Translations under genes and position numbers: made by a program
Part shown: piece after piece, positions 51,849-64,000 of the stretch
Numbering within the stretch: the stretch's first letter is position 1
How the letters are laid out: the number at the start of each line of letters is the position of its first letter
Notes under the pieces: generated by a model
The model's database searches: none
What the model was told of the DNA's origin: nothing
What the model saw: only the letters and a program-made list of their open reading frames with translations
Assembly: GCF_009914755.1 (NCBI RefSeq)
Contig: NC_060927.1
DNA from: the human T2T-CHM13v2.0 reference genome, Homo sapiens
Length of the DNA: 64,000 bases
Reading direction: 5' to 3' (one strand)

Positions 51849-52457
51849 GTAAGTGGTTGCACGTGTCCTCGTTTCATGGCCATTTCCTCACCAACACTCC
51901 GAAATATGGTTATGGTTTAAAGAACTAAACTGTTTTAGGAACCTGGTGTTAAAGTTCTTTAATTTTCCCCCAAGCTCCAAACCACAAGAGCTAGAGCAGA
52001 TTAGCGGCTCGGGCTTGGATGGCAAGCTCCTGGCTTTGACATATAATTTGTTTGAGTTTTAACGTTACATGAAATTTGGTACGCTGAGGTAGGGTGACAC
52101 TTCCGAGAGAGAGGGAGGCGGAAGGGAACTTCGTTGCCTGCCTCGCCACAGCTCTCTCTACTTTGCAGTCTTGGGGGAGCTTGGGATCTGGGCCAGGTTA
52201 GGTTGTGAGTAGGATGGAGAAGTGAGAGCTCAGTTTCATAGGGTGTTAGATATAACCCTGTGGTTTTATTTCTGAAGTGGAGGGTGGAGGGCTGTGGGGA
52301 AGGCCGTGGTAGTTGATATCAAAGACTAGGATGAGAACTGCTTTAGCAGCTTATTATTATTTCTTTACCATTATTACTTTAAGTAGACTATTAAAGATTA
52401 AAAAGAAAAGGAAGAACCATTCCTTTTCCCTTATATTTTCATGTGTTACATGATTCA

Positions 52458-52580
52458 TTTCTCTCCACTTTTCTGTTCTTCCTTAGTTCATTCCCTCATT
52501 GTATCTTCCCTTCTATCCTGTTTCTCTCCATTTTTCTATTCAATAGTTCATTCCCTCATTGTATCTTCCCTTCCATCCTG
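52458..52580. repeat. ~60-bp tandem duplication
   Basis: tagttcattccctcattgtatcttcccttc(t/c)atcctg occurs twice, 60 nt apart. Confidence 0.85.
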
Positions 52581-52599
52581 ACATTCATTCTGTTCTCAT

Positions 52600-53500
52600 T
52601 TTCATTCATTCACTCATCAAGTCTTGACTGTGTGTCTGTTATGTGCCAGACTCTGAGCGAGGTGTTGGGGAAATGGAGAGAAACCACACAGATAGAGCCC
52701 TTAACATCATGGCACCTGTGGTATATAGTGTGCTGTATTATTAAGAATCATAACTGCTTTGAAGGAAAAGTAAAGACACATAAAGTGTAACAGATCTAAA
52801 GTGGAGGAGGAAGATGGGAACTAGTTCAAGGTTTGGGCAGCATTCCAGGAACAGCATGTACAAAGGCCTTGAGATGAGAAAGCATTTGACACATTGGAGG
52901 AATTTAAAGAAGGTGGACACAGCTGACATATAGAGGATAGCCTGGAAGATGTCAGAGGATGAGGCTGCAGAGGGGCCGCATGGCTCAGGACCTTGGGAGT
53001 CAGGTTAAGGATTTTGGATTTTATACTCAGAGCAGTGGAAGATCACTGAAGGATTTTAAGAAGGGGAAGAAAATGATCAGATTTTCATTTTACAAAAAGA
53101 TCTCTCTATTGCTGTGTGGAGAACAGAGGGTGATGGGGTAAGAACAATAGTAAAGGTTCGTACAGTTTTCCCAGGGATTCATGACTTGGACCCGGGCAGT
53201 GGGCACAGAGAGAAGAGGTCCACTTGTGGCTTGCTTCAGAGGCAAGGTCTCCAGGACTTGATGATGGGTTTGTTGTGGAGGGTAGGGAGGTTGAGCCATC
53301 AAGGATCATTCCCAGGTTTATATCATGAGCTATTGGGCAGACGGTGCTATTTGCTAACACGAGAGACACTGGGGGAGGATCAGGTTTAGGGCTGGGCATG
53401 GCCAGTCTCTCTTCTAGACATCGTGAGCTGAAAATGACTGAAAGTCTCCCAAATGGAGATGTCAGGTAGGCTGTTTAGTATGCAAATCTGGAGCCCCAGA
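52600..53500 (-). mobile_element. LINE-2 fragment
   Basis: cattcattcac tail, atgtgccag, ggattttggattttat, atgatcagatttt and tggagatgtcaggtaggc motifs. Confidence 0.75.
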
Positions 53501-54009
53501 GAGACTGCCATTTTCATTATTAGGGGTGTCTTTGAACTGCTTGCCTTCATGGCATGGATCTTATTTCCTGGGAAGCTGGCAACGAATTGAGCCTTTCCTG
53601 GGGTTTCTTTCTCTAGTAAACCTTGTAGTGTTTCTTTTCGGCTCTCATGAAACTCAAAATCTTGAGCAAAGGTTGCTGATTCATTCCTAACACATACTAA
53701 AGATTTCCAAAATGGTAACTTGCTTTGTAGTCCACCATCTGTAACTGATTGGACAGCCTGGCTTTCCAATTTGGTGTAGGCTACAAGCAGAAATGCATTG
53801 TTTTGGTTTTTATTCAGCCCTTAAATACTTAAAGGTAGCATCCACCATTTTGACTTTCATCAAAGATCAAGTAACCAAATGACCTTACTTTGAAGATAAC
53901 GTGGAGAATACTTTGGATCAAATTACTAGTAGCATTTAGGACAGAGAAACAAGCTCAAGAATTGGTGTTCTCTTCATACATTTATTGTAGGATAAAATTA
54001 TGTGTTTGT

Positions 54010-54408
<399 letters not shown>

Positions 54409-54974
54409 TCAAGCATATAGAATTTGCCTTGGAAGTTGAAACAAAATGATATTTAGTGAATTTTTACATTAGTTTTCCTTGCCAAGGCCGTTCTTAGAGT
54501 TCCTATGTGTAGCCTCCTACAGAGCTATTGGAAGAAGCCATTTCTTTACACATCTCTTTGGGGTTGGTGGTGAGAATAAGGCCTGTGGTCTGGTAGAAGT
54601 GATAAGCTGGGGCCCCCACAACTGTGTGGATGTCAAAACCAATTCCAACTACGTGGAATTCCAGGCTGTGGGATGCTGCAAACTTGGTTCCATGGCTCAG
54701 CTGCTTTAATGGCAGATTCCACAAATGATCTCAAGACCAAGAATAAACTTGGTAGCTTTAATGCAAAAAGCGAGTCCTAAGCCCTAACTGGCTAGTCCTT
54801 CCCATTCTTAGCCTGATCTCTTTGAACTTGCACCCAGAACCTTGAAATAAAGATGTGTGTATGGTTGGAAGTAGATTTTTTTCACATGCTGCTTTTGTTG
54901 GCAGGAAGTTCTTCATTTTTCCTGCAAGTATTACTTTGAAAACTTTTGTAAGGGATACAAGTTGGCAATCTGTG

Positions 54975-54977
<3 letters not shown>

Positions 54978-55019
<42 letters not shown>
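54978..55019 (+). repeat. (GT)21 microsatellite
   Basis: Direct observation; ends 132 nt before exon ~25. Confidence 0.97.
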
Positions 55020-55021
<2 letters not shown>

Positions 55022-55151
55022 CTGTATCTTCTTTTAAAGTTTAAGTTTCAAAACTGCTATTTGGTAAAAACATTCTGTGAGTCTTAAAATGCAATGTATT
55101 ATCTGCTTACTGTCTAGAGGCCTCCCCCTGACGTCTGTTGTTCTGTTTCAG

Positions 55152-55247
55152 AAATTCTGACAAGGGCGTGGAGGTTGCCTTCCTCGGCACTCGCACGGGC
55201 CTCTCCAGAATCAACCTGTTTGTCGGGGCTGAGCAGCTCACCAATCA
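55152..55247 (+). CDS. CACNA2D3: CACNA2D3 coding exon (~25), (E)NSDKGVEVAFLGTRTGLSRINLFVGAEQLTN(Q), phase 2-2
   Basis: ctgtttcag acceptor and TCA|gtaagt donor; 96 nt. Confidence 0.96.
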
Positions 55248-56790
55248 GTAAGTAGGAGGGATCCTCTACAGGGGCCCAGGGAGCTTCTGAAATGGAACAT
55301 TCAAAGGGAAGCTTATTTCATTTCTTGATTCCACTACTGGTAGAAACATAATTTAGGCCACCCCAGGCCTATTGAGATTTTTCCTCTCTGTTCTACCATG
55401 CGGGCCCCAGCATGTGCTTTCACCTGCCTGTTAGCCCTTCCACCACCCTTTGTTCCTCAGGCTTGTTGGCTTCTGTCCACTGTCCTGGAGTCCTCTCCCG
55501 CCCTGATGAGTCATTTCAGAACTCTGGGAGGTGGTGCGGCTGCTGGGGGAGCCGCCAGAGGGAGGAAACACTCATCTCGTAACAAATGGCTTCAGGGTGT
55601 TCAGCTGTTCTGCAGCTATGCTGAGGAATTCCTGCCTGTACAAAAGTCACTGTTCCAAGTCCTGTTTGTTTACATTTTACTAATAAACCTCTGCCTCTGT
55701 GCTTAGCCTGAGGGGCTGCAGAGCTCCACACCCAGGAGTGGGCCCTCTGGGGATGCTGGGGTTTGACAGTGTCTCCTTGGACTTCCAAAGAGACGTGGAT
55801 AGATGGTGGGCAGAGAGTTTCCAGGTCTAGTACCCAGATGCTAAGCCCCTGCATCTTCAGAGAACCACGGGCCCTTAACTCATCAAACTGGTGTTTCACC
55901 AGGGCTAGTAGGTAGACTGTGAAGTCTTTTCTGAGTCTGTTAATAAGTTTTTTCTATTTCTTTTCTCTGAAGCAAGAGCGATTGTTAAGACATGGACAAA
56001 TGGGTCCCAAGATTCAGAAAGTTAGAGAGTGGTTTGCAAGTGTGTGTGTGTGAGTTCAGAGGTTACCACAGAACATTATACCCCCAACCTTCAGGGTACC
56101 TGGAGGTGAATAACCAAGCCACAGAGTAGCTGCCAATTTGAGAGGGATTGGCTCATCAGGGGTCCAAGGAGGCGGTGCTTCCTTGGAGCTTGACAGTGCT
56201 GTTTGCCTCTGCTAGGTGAGGCCCTGACACCCACCATATAACCTTACAAAACCAAGTCTGGTAAATGACAGATCAATCAATGTTTAGGTATTTTAAGAGA
56301 TTGGCTTTGAATTCTGTTCCAGGACTTTGACCTTCTTGATACTCACATTTATCATCTATGAAGTTTGATTATAGTTGCAACTTGATTTTTAACGACTTTT
56401 TTAAGCGTTTTTCCCCCAGACAATTGTTTTTCCAGAGGGCGAGTTCCTGGGAAGGACTAGAGGTGCTGAGATACACATTGCCTTCTCCTGTTAGGATCCA
56501 GATAGGCAAGGGGAGACAAGGGAATTCATTTTCTAATACTCATTGAGAAAGTCTGCTGCTGGCATTGAGACTGAAACAAGCAAAGCTGCAAAACAGTAAC
56601 AATAAAACATGACACCTTGCTGGTCTGATAACTGTGTTATTGTGATGGATTTAAAAGACAAAGGACCACAGTAAGGATGCTGGGAGGTGTACCTGGCTTA
56701 TCTCACTTGGGTATCTTCATTCTGTCCTCCTGAAAAGTGAGAGCGATGATCTCTTTTGGTTACTGTGAAGATCAAAAAAAATTATGGATG

Positions 56791-57128
<338 letters not shown>

Positions 57129-60100
57129 CTACAACTGTGTGTTCTATTCTTTGTGGCATTACGTGACCCACAGAGTGGGTACTCATTGACAATTTGAATG
57201 GATGAAATCTGTCTTCAAGAAACTCCTGTCATTGCTTCATATAGAGGCACCTTGACATCTATTGTCTTAGGGTCTTACCTGCCTATCCCCTCCCATCAAA
57301 TGGTATTTGTCAAGATCCAGCTATTTGGATACACTCTCTAAGCCAGGCTTAGAAAGTTTTTAGCATTTCTGACTTTTGGTTTAGTTTTTGCTTTTGACTA
57401 GGGCATGAAAGGCAGAGCTTTAAGTATTGGGCAGAGAACTTGATAATATAAAGTTGCTACCCTGCAATTATCTCATACTATCATCAGTCTCCTACACTGA
57501 GATTTCATCCCATACCCCCGCCACCTGCATTTGGAAGTAGGTCGATTATACTGAAACTTGGCCGTCACCCCCAATAGTTATAATACATTCTGTGCCTTCA
57601 GTACGACTTCTCACATCACATGCATATAGCATCCAGTGATGTTAGCCTTCACAGCGTACAGCCTTAAGTTAAGAAGATGACCACTTTACCCCTGCCCTTT
57701 CAACCACCAAGAACAAAAGAGCTCTTGGGCTTTAAGAATCCCATATATTTGTTAGAGCCTGTTTTCAGTGTCCATAACACTCTTTCACATATGGTGTTAT
57801 GTAATTCTGATACAACCCTGGTAAAGTGCAGCGTTTTTATTGTTCCCATTTTGTAGATGAGTAAATGGGGGTCGGAGACTCAATTACTCACTCAGAGTCA
57901 CCCAGTTCTTCCCAGAATCTAGACCAGCCTGACACACCACTGCAATAGCTCCTAGTATCCAGGAGGAGACTTTCACCTTACCCAGAAGGATCTTTCTTCC
58001 TGAAGAACATTTTTGGGATTCTGTAAAATCAGGTTGCTCCTTCCTGTTTCCTCCAGAATTGCTGCCTAGTAGTTGGCAGAGGCCTCCAGGGTTTCCCGGC
58101 AACTCAGTCCTTTCGCAGTGACACCAGGGCTAATGGGGATCAAGTGCTGCAGGCTCCTGCTGGCTGCCCTAGGTGCCAGCACTGTCCCGGGCAGCAGGGC
58201 ACTGGACACCCAGATGTGCAGCATTCCAGATCTATTGCCAGCCACCCCCAAAGCCTGAATGTCACTGCCTTAAGTGAGGACCACTTCATACCTTCTAACC
58301 AAGCCACCATCTCATCTACCATGACTCTGGAAAAAGGTCCCCTGTGGGCATCATTAACCTGTGCTGCATAGACAGGGCACCTCTTAGCTGTAATGACCAC
58401 TGAACAGACCTGCTGGGAGTGCGAACACCTTCTGCTCAGTCGTGGCTGCACCTGTGACCCAGGGTAGAGAGTAGCAATGCATCCTGCCATGGGCCAGGCA
58501 ACAGAGGCTCCTCCTCACACCGTCCAGGTCAGGTTTATGAAGAATTTCATGTCTAGCGAAAGAAATGAAAAGGCTAAAATTTCAGTATTCCTGAAGCCTG
58601 ATGACTTTTAGATTAGGAAACATTACCACTGAATACAAGCAGCACAAAGAAGAGCTTGTCTACCAAGATGAGCCTGGAAGTCCTGATCTCCAGCATTCTA
58701 GATAGCACAGGGGATCTCTGCACTTTCTCAGTCTTGCACATGACTCCAAAGTTGGCCTTAGCCTTCTGAATGAGAGAAGAGTGCTTTGTAAAAATTTTTC
58801 TTTTAAACACTTTTAATTTCTGGAGAGTCATTTTGTCAGTAAGAGTCAAGATCAAATGCAAGCAGCTATGCTATGTCAGACCGTTTTTGACCTACAATTA
58901 CCTAGTTCTAGTAGCACAAAATTTTATAGCAGTATTAACAAAGTAGAGCACTTATGAAGACGGCCATAGAAAGGAATTTAAACAAATTGAGAAATTTTAT
59001 TTTTGAAGATATAGGAAATTGTGTTTAATACTGGAAGAGCTCTTATCTGGATATGAGATTAGATTTTTCTTGTGATCATTAAGCATACACCAAGCGCCTG
59101 CTGAGAGCCAGGCCCTGGAAATATTGGGAGGAGGAAGGTCCCAGACCTTAGAAAGGAGTTAGGACATGCTAGTACAAGTTACAGGGAGGTAGATTCCAGA
59201 GCTATCTAAGAACCTGGAGGGTGTCCTCGAAGGGCATGGGCCTCCTCTCCAAAAGTGGGCACTCCATCTTTGGTAGAGGTGAAGGGAACCCTGGTTAGAC
59301 ACACCCTGCAACTACTGAATGCTTTCCTGAACTGGGTGCCAAGTTCAGGAAACCAACCAGTTACAACTTAGCATGAAAATTTCTCTCCATGGTCCTTGTG
59401 ATCCAACTCTCTGCTGCAAACTGCTGGGTTGAAAGTGGTGCCATTTCTGCTTCAACTCATGGCCTTTTCCCTACCTATATGTTGTCCCTTGATTGGTCTC
59501 CCTTCCAGAAAAATGTCTGCAGCAGACTGTGGCCTAACCAGGCGGTCATCCCCCCACCGCCTGAGTTGCACCGTATCAGCCAAGATGAGGCGCTTCAGGT
59601 GCTGGACAGCACATGTGACTCTCCAGAGGGAATGTCAGGTCAATAATCATGCACTGGGACTTGAATATGCTTAAGGCTCTGTGAAGAGTGCACAAATGTG
59701 AACAAATCTCCTGTCCTCAGAGATCTTGGGAGGTCTGGGGAGGGGATATGATGATTGTGCAGGCCAAAAAATAAATAAAAGGCTATATGAAAGTTACCAA
59801 GATTGTGGGGGCCCAGGGTGTGGCAAAAGCTTGCATGTGTTTCTGTGGATTCATGGGGTAGATGGTAGATGAGGCGCACTTTGAAAATGAGTGTGATTTT
59901 GAAAGGAAGAGATAGAAAGAAGACTGCACCTAGCCTTCCCGATAGACAAGCTCTCTGCGCAGAAGGCAGGGAGTCAGTGGAGGGCGGGGATGCACACAGG
60001 GGGCATGAGCAGGCCTGTTTGTCCAGCGAGGAGGCAGGTGAGGGAAGAAGGTACAAAGATCTCAGTGTGGGCTCACATTTACTTCCTTTGCACTTCTTCT

Positions 60101-60545
60101 GAGAAGCGTGTTTACCTTCTTTACACTTGCTCTAAGAAGAATGAGATCTACTTAAGGAGTTGATTCTCCCAAGGGTATGAGTATATGTGTGTGAGTATTA
60201 AAGCCAGACAAAGCTTTCTTGTTTAGAGGGGACATCCTTGGGTTTTCTGATAGGATTTCTGTAGGCTTTGTTTGCTTGGCTTCAGACTTTAAGACAATTA
60301 GTTCACTAGATATACAAGGAAAAATCATTTTACCCACTCAGAATTTGACTCCCAGAGCTCTGCAAGATGTTTTTGAGTAATCTGGGGTGCACAGTGTTAA
60401 GTGAGGCCCCCTCTATACTGAGAAAGGCAAGTTGGGGTTCTAAAAGTGAACACTGGTTTTACCTGATGAAGGCTGTCGGGGTGCTCCAGGCCCACCTTTA
60501 CTCTGCTGAGTGATGCATGTTCTTCTGATTCTTTTCCACTTCAAG

Positions 60546-60667
60546 GGACTTCCTGAAAGCTGGCGACAAGGAGAACATTTTTAACGCAGACCATTTCCCT
60601 CTCTGGTACCGAAGAGCCGCTGAGCAGATTCCAGGGAGCTTCGTCTACTCGATCCCATTCAGCACTG
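60546..60667 (+). CDS. CACNA2D3: CACNA2D3 coding exon (~26), (Q)DFLKAGDKENIFNADHFPLWYRRAAEQIPGSFVYSIPFST(G), phase 2-1
   Basis: ccacttcaag acceptor and CTG|gtgggt donor; 122 nt; WYRRA Cache motif. Confidence 0.96.
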
Positions 60668-61743
60668 GTGGGTGCCCTTGTTGGAGGCGGGCTCTGTCTG
60701 TCTGGTCCAGTGGGTCTGGGCATTGTGTGCAGGGTGTTGGGGAGCTGCCTGAATGCTGAAAGGAACCAAGTTCAACCCTCAGAGCCAGTGCTGAATATTG
60801 GGTCAGCCCTGAACCAGTGACCAGTTCCATAAGAGTAATAGCCTCAAAGAAAAGGAAGGTTTTTCCTTTACCAAATTATGTAAATGTATTTCAGGAAGCA
60901 GGGCTGATGTTTTGCATCCTATGGGATTTTAATAGAAACTTGTCAGTCAGTTTTTTTAAATGTAGTCATGGCCCCACTTAGAGAAAATTCAAGCATCCCT
61001 TGCCAGAACCTTCAGTGAGTCACATCCCTGCAGAGGTCCACTGTTCCCCATTTGAACTGAATTGATTTAAACTGATATGCCGGACTAAGGACTGACTTTG
61101 TATAACCATGTGCTCTCTTGACAGGAGCCTGCAGTTACCAATGACAGGCATGTAGCCGATTAGTTTTTCAGTCCTAAGAGTTTATGATATGATAGTATAA
61201 AAAATTAAAGTCACCTGCCTCCAAAAAGAACTGAATGATGTCTTATTTCCACCAGTTTTGGAAGCAAAACATACTGGAAATGCTTCAGTTTTCCTCGTAT
61301 TTTTTTTTTCTCTTGCCTCATGCATCTGGTATTTTGGGTGCTCACTCTATACTGCTTATTGCAGAAACTTGAGAGATGAAGGAAACCTAGTTCTGTAAAC
61401 TTGGGTTGCTCTGGAAAGTTCAATCTGTAGTTATATTTTACATATATCAGTTCCTTTCATATTAATCTTCTACAAATATTCCTAACTCAATCCTAAGGGA
61501 AGTTCTCCAGGGTTTGTGCCCAATCCCCCTCCCTAAGGCTTGGTGCTTTGTCATTTCCATGACTGAAAATATTTTCAGAAAGGGTGCTTTTGAAATTTGT
61601 AGAAAGCAAAGAGTGCTCTTACAATTGGTTGAATGGGCTCATTAGGAAGACAGTCCCTCATCAATGGACATATTTAAGGAGAGGCTGAATGTTATTGATG
61701 AGATTCTTTGCTGCTTGGGATTTCAGACTAGATTATCTGTTAG

Positions 61744-62303
<560 letters not shown>

Positions 62304-63584
62304 TGAAGCTCTTTCTTTGTGCTTGTCTGCACCACACTTTGTTGCTGAAAATATCAAGAGACAGTGAACTTTTTCATTCTGCTGCAGACCTATGAATAAT
62401 AACATTGTCTTCTGTCAAGCAATCTCTTAAGACTTCCTTGTCACAATCCTCTAAAGAAAAATAATAGAACTTAGCTTGCTGTTCTTCTGATTCTGGAATC
62501 ATCGAGTTAACTAAAGCTGTTGTTGGATTGGTTTTTGGTAACTGGGATTTTCACCAAACTTTCAATGTAATGGTATAATGAAGTGAGTTTACCTTGTTCA
62601 TGACAAAGTTACAGATGACGTAACATCTTAGGACATTTCATAACCCCCTTAGAGTCCGGGAAAATCTTAAAAATCACCAACTGCAAGTCTCTGTGGTGGA
62701 GCTCTCTCTGATTTTCTCTGCTATGTGTTGAATACCTGTACAAACTAGAAAAGAAACTGGTTTTTATTGCTGCTTAAACTTGGGCCAGGAGAAAATTTCT
62801 CATTACTTTGGTCCTAAGTGTATTCATATTCAGGTTTGACTTTTCCCTGCTTCTCAATTCAATTGGATTTCATCCAACTCACTTTCATTGAGCACCTTTT
62901 AGCAGGTGGGCATTGGACTAAATTATTAACTCCAGGCATTCAGAATTTGTGCTCAGTATCTTTTAATTCGTGGATATTGGAACCATTGCTGGTAATTGAA
63001 AATCTCTTAATACTAATGCCATATTGTTACCAGAATAATAATAGTTTGGAGTGAAGATTATGCTCTAGCTCTATCCCTGTTTAGAATAATTTTGCCCAGA
63101 AAAACTGGGCTCGAAATTACAATTTTATAGATCAGTAAAGATTTAACCAATGAATCAGAGCTAAAGTTGCCAACTTGTAAAATAATTTCAAAGCCCTCAT
63201 ACAGCTCTTCATGGTTATATTTAGACAGGCAGTGTAAATATGACCACTGACACAAGTAAACACTGCAATTTGAAACCACAGATTACCAAAAAATGTGGTC
63301 CCTCGATGGTGGTCAATGGTTTCGATGTGAAGAGGCTGGATGTTCCCCAGTGCACTGGTGGTCATAACTCAACTCGCCAATTCCTTCAGCTGGGAGGACT
63401 CGCAGCACTGCACTCATGGCCTGGCAGCGTAGGCAGAGCATCCACACCTCAGAGGACTCTGGGGCCTGGGACCAAGCCCCAGAACAATTTGCAGAATTGG
63501 TGACTGTAGACCGATATGATTACTCTCTTAACGTGTACACTGTAATTATCTTCATTTTTGTTGTGGTGTTTTTTCTTTTCACAG

Positions 63585-63665
63585 GACCAGTCAATAAAAG
63601 CAATGTGGTGACAGCAAGTACATCCATCCAGCTCCTGGATGAACGGAAATCTCCTGTGGTGGCAG
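63585..63665 (+). CDS. CACNA2D3: CACNA2D3 coding exon (~27), (G)PVNKSNVVTASTSIQLLDERKSPVVA(A), phase 1-1
   Basis: ttttcacag acceptor and CAG|gtaaat donor; 81 nt. Confidence 0.96.
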
Positions 63666-64000
63666 GTAAATAATTGATTGAATCCATGAAGACAAAGTAA
63701 GCATGGCGCCCATTCATCCGGCCAGTGGGCTACTTCTGTGAGGCACGCTTATCCTCCAAAAAGGTTTTCAAAGGAGAAAACAATTTTAAATTACTTCCTT
63801 CTCAGCTTGGTGTCATCTCCTTCAAACCAAGACTCTGACAGCTGGTGGTGGTTGATGTGAAAACAGAAAACTTTCCCAGCGTTTCTATCCTTAAACTCTG
63901 AGCCAGTAAGAAATTGTCAGTACTTGCCGAGGAGAATTTCTTGATGGTAGGTAGCATGTTCATTCAAAGTAAACTCCAGATCTCCAGCTTCTGTGTCATT

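Noticed and set aside
55552-55565. CCGCCAGAGGGAGG CTCF-like motif
   Set aside because: Mismatch at the strongly conserved C of the GGC end; too weak to call

Overview
Human (Alu-rich primate) genomic DNA lying inside CACNA2D3, the voltage-gated Ca2+ channel auxiliary subunit alpha2delta-3 (chr3p14.3), transcribed on the + strand. Thirteen coding exons, each bounded by AG/GT, splice in frame into one continuous ORF from LTDDQGPVLMTTVAMP... to ...DERKSPVVA, covering the Cache-domain region. From memory of RefSeq these are exons ~15-27; that numbering was not verified here. The rest is intronic: 13 Alus (most with visible target-site duplications), MIR, L2 and L1M fragments, MLT1 and LTR16 solo LTRs, a MER33 DNA transposon and several microsatellites. 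Almost all ORFs in the supplied track are repeat-derived or random. I found no evidence for a wholly new gene system. The best leads are RNA-level or regulatory: two intron read-through isoforms (one with a GPI-signal-like tail, one with its own poly(A) signal), an unexplained 93-bp near-perfect palindrome, a consensus CTCF site with an adjacent G4, cryptic-exon architectures, inverted Alu pairs around in-frame exon blocks, and antisense-transcript signals.
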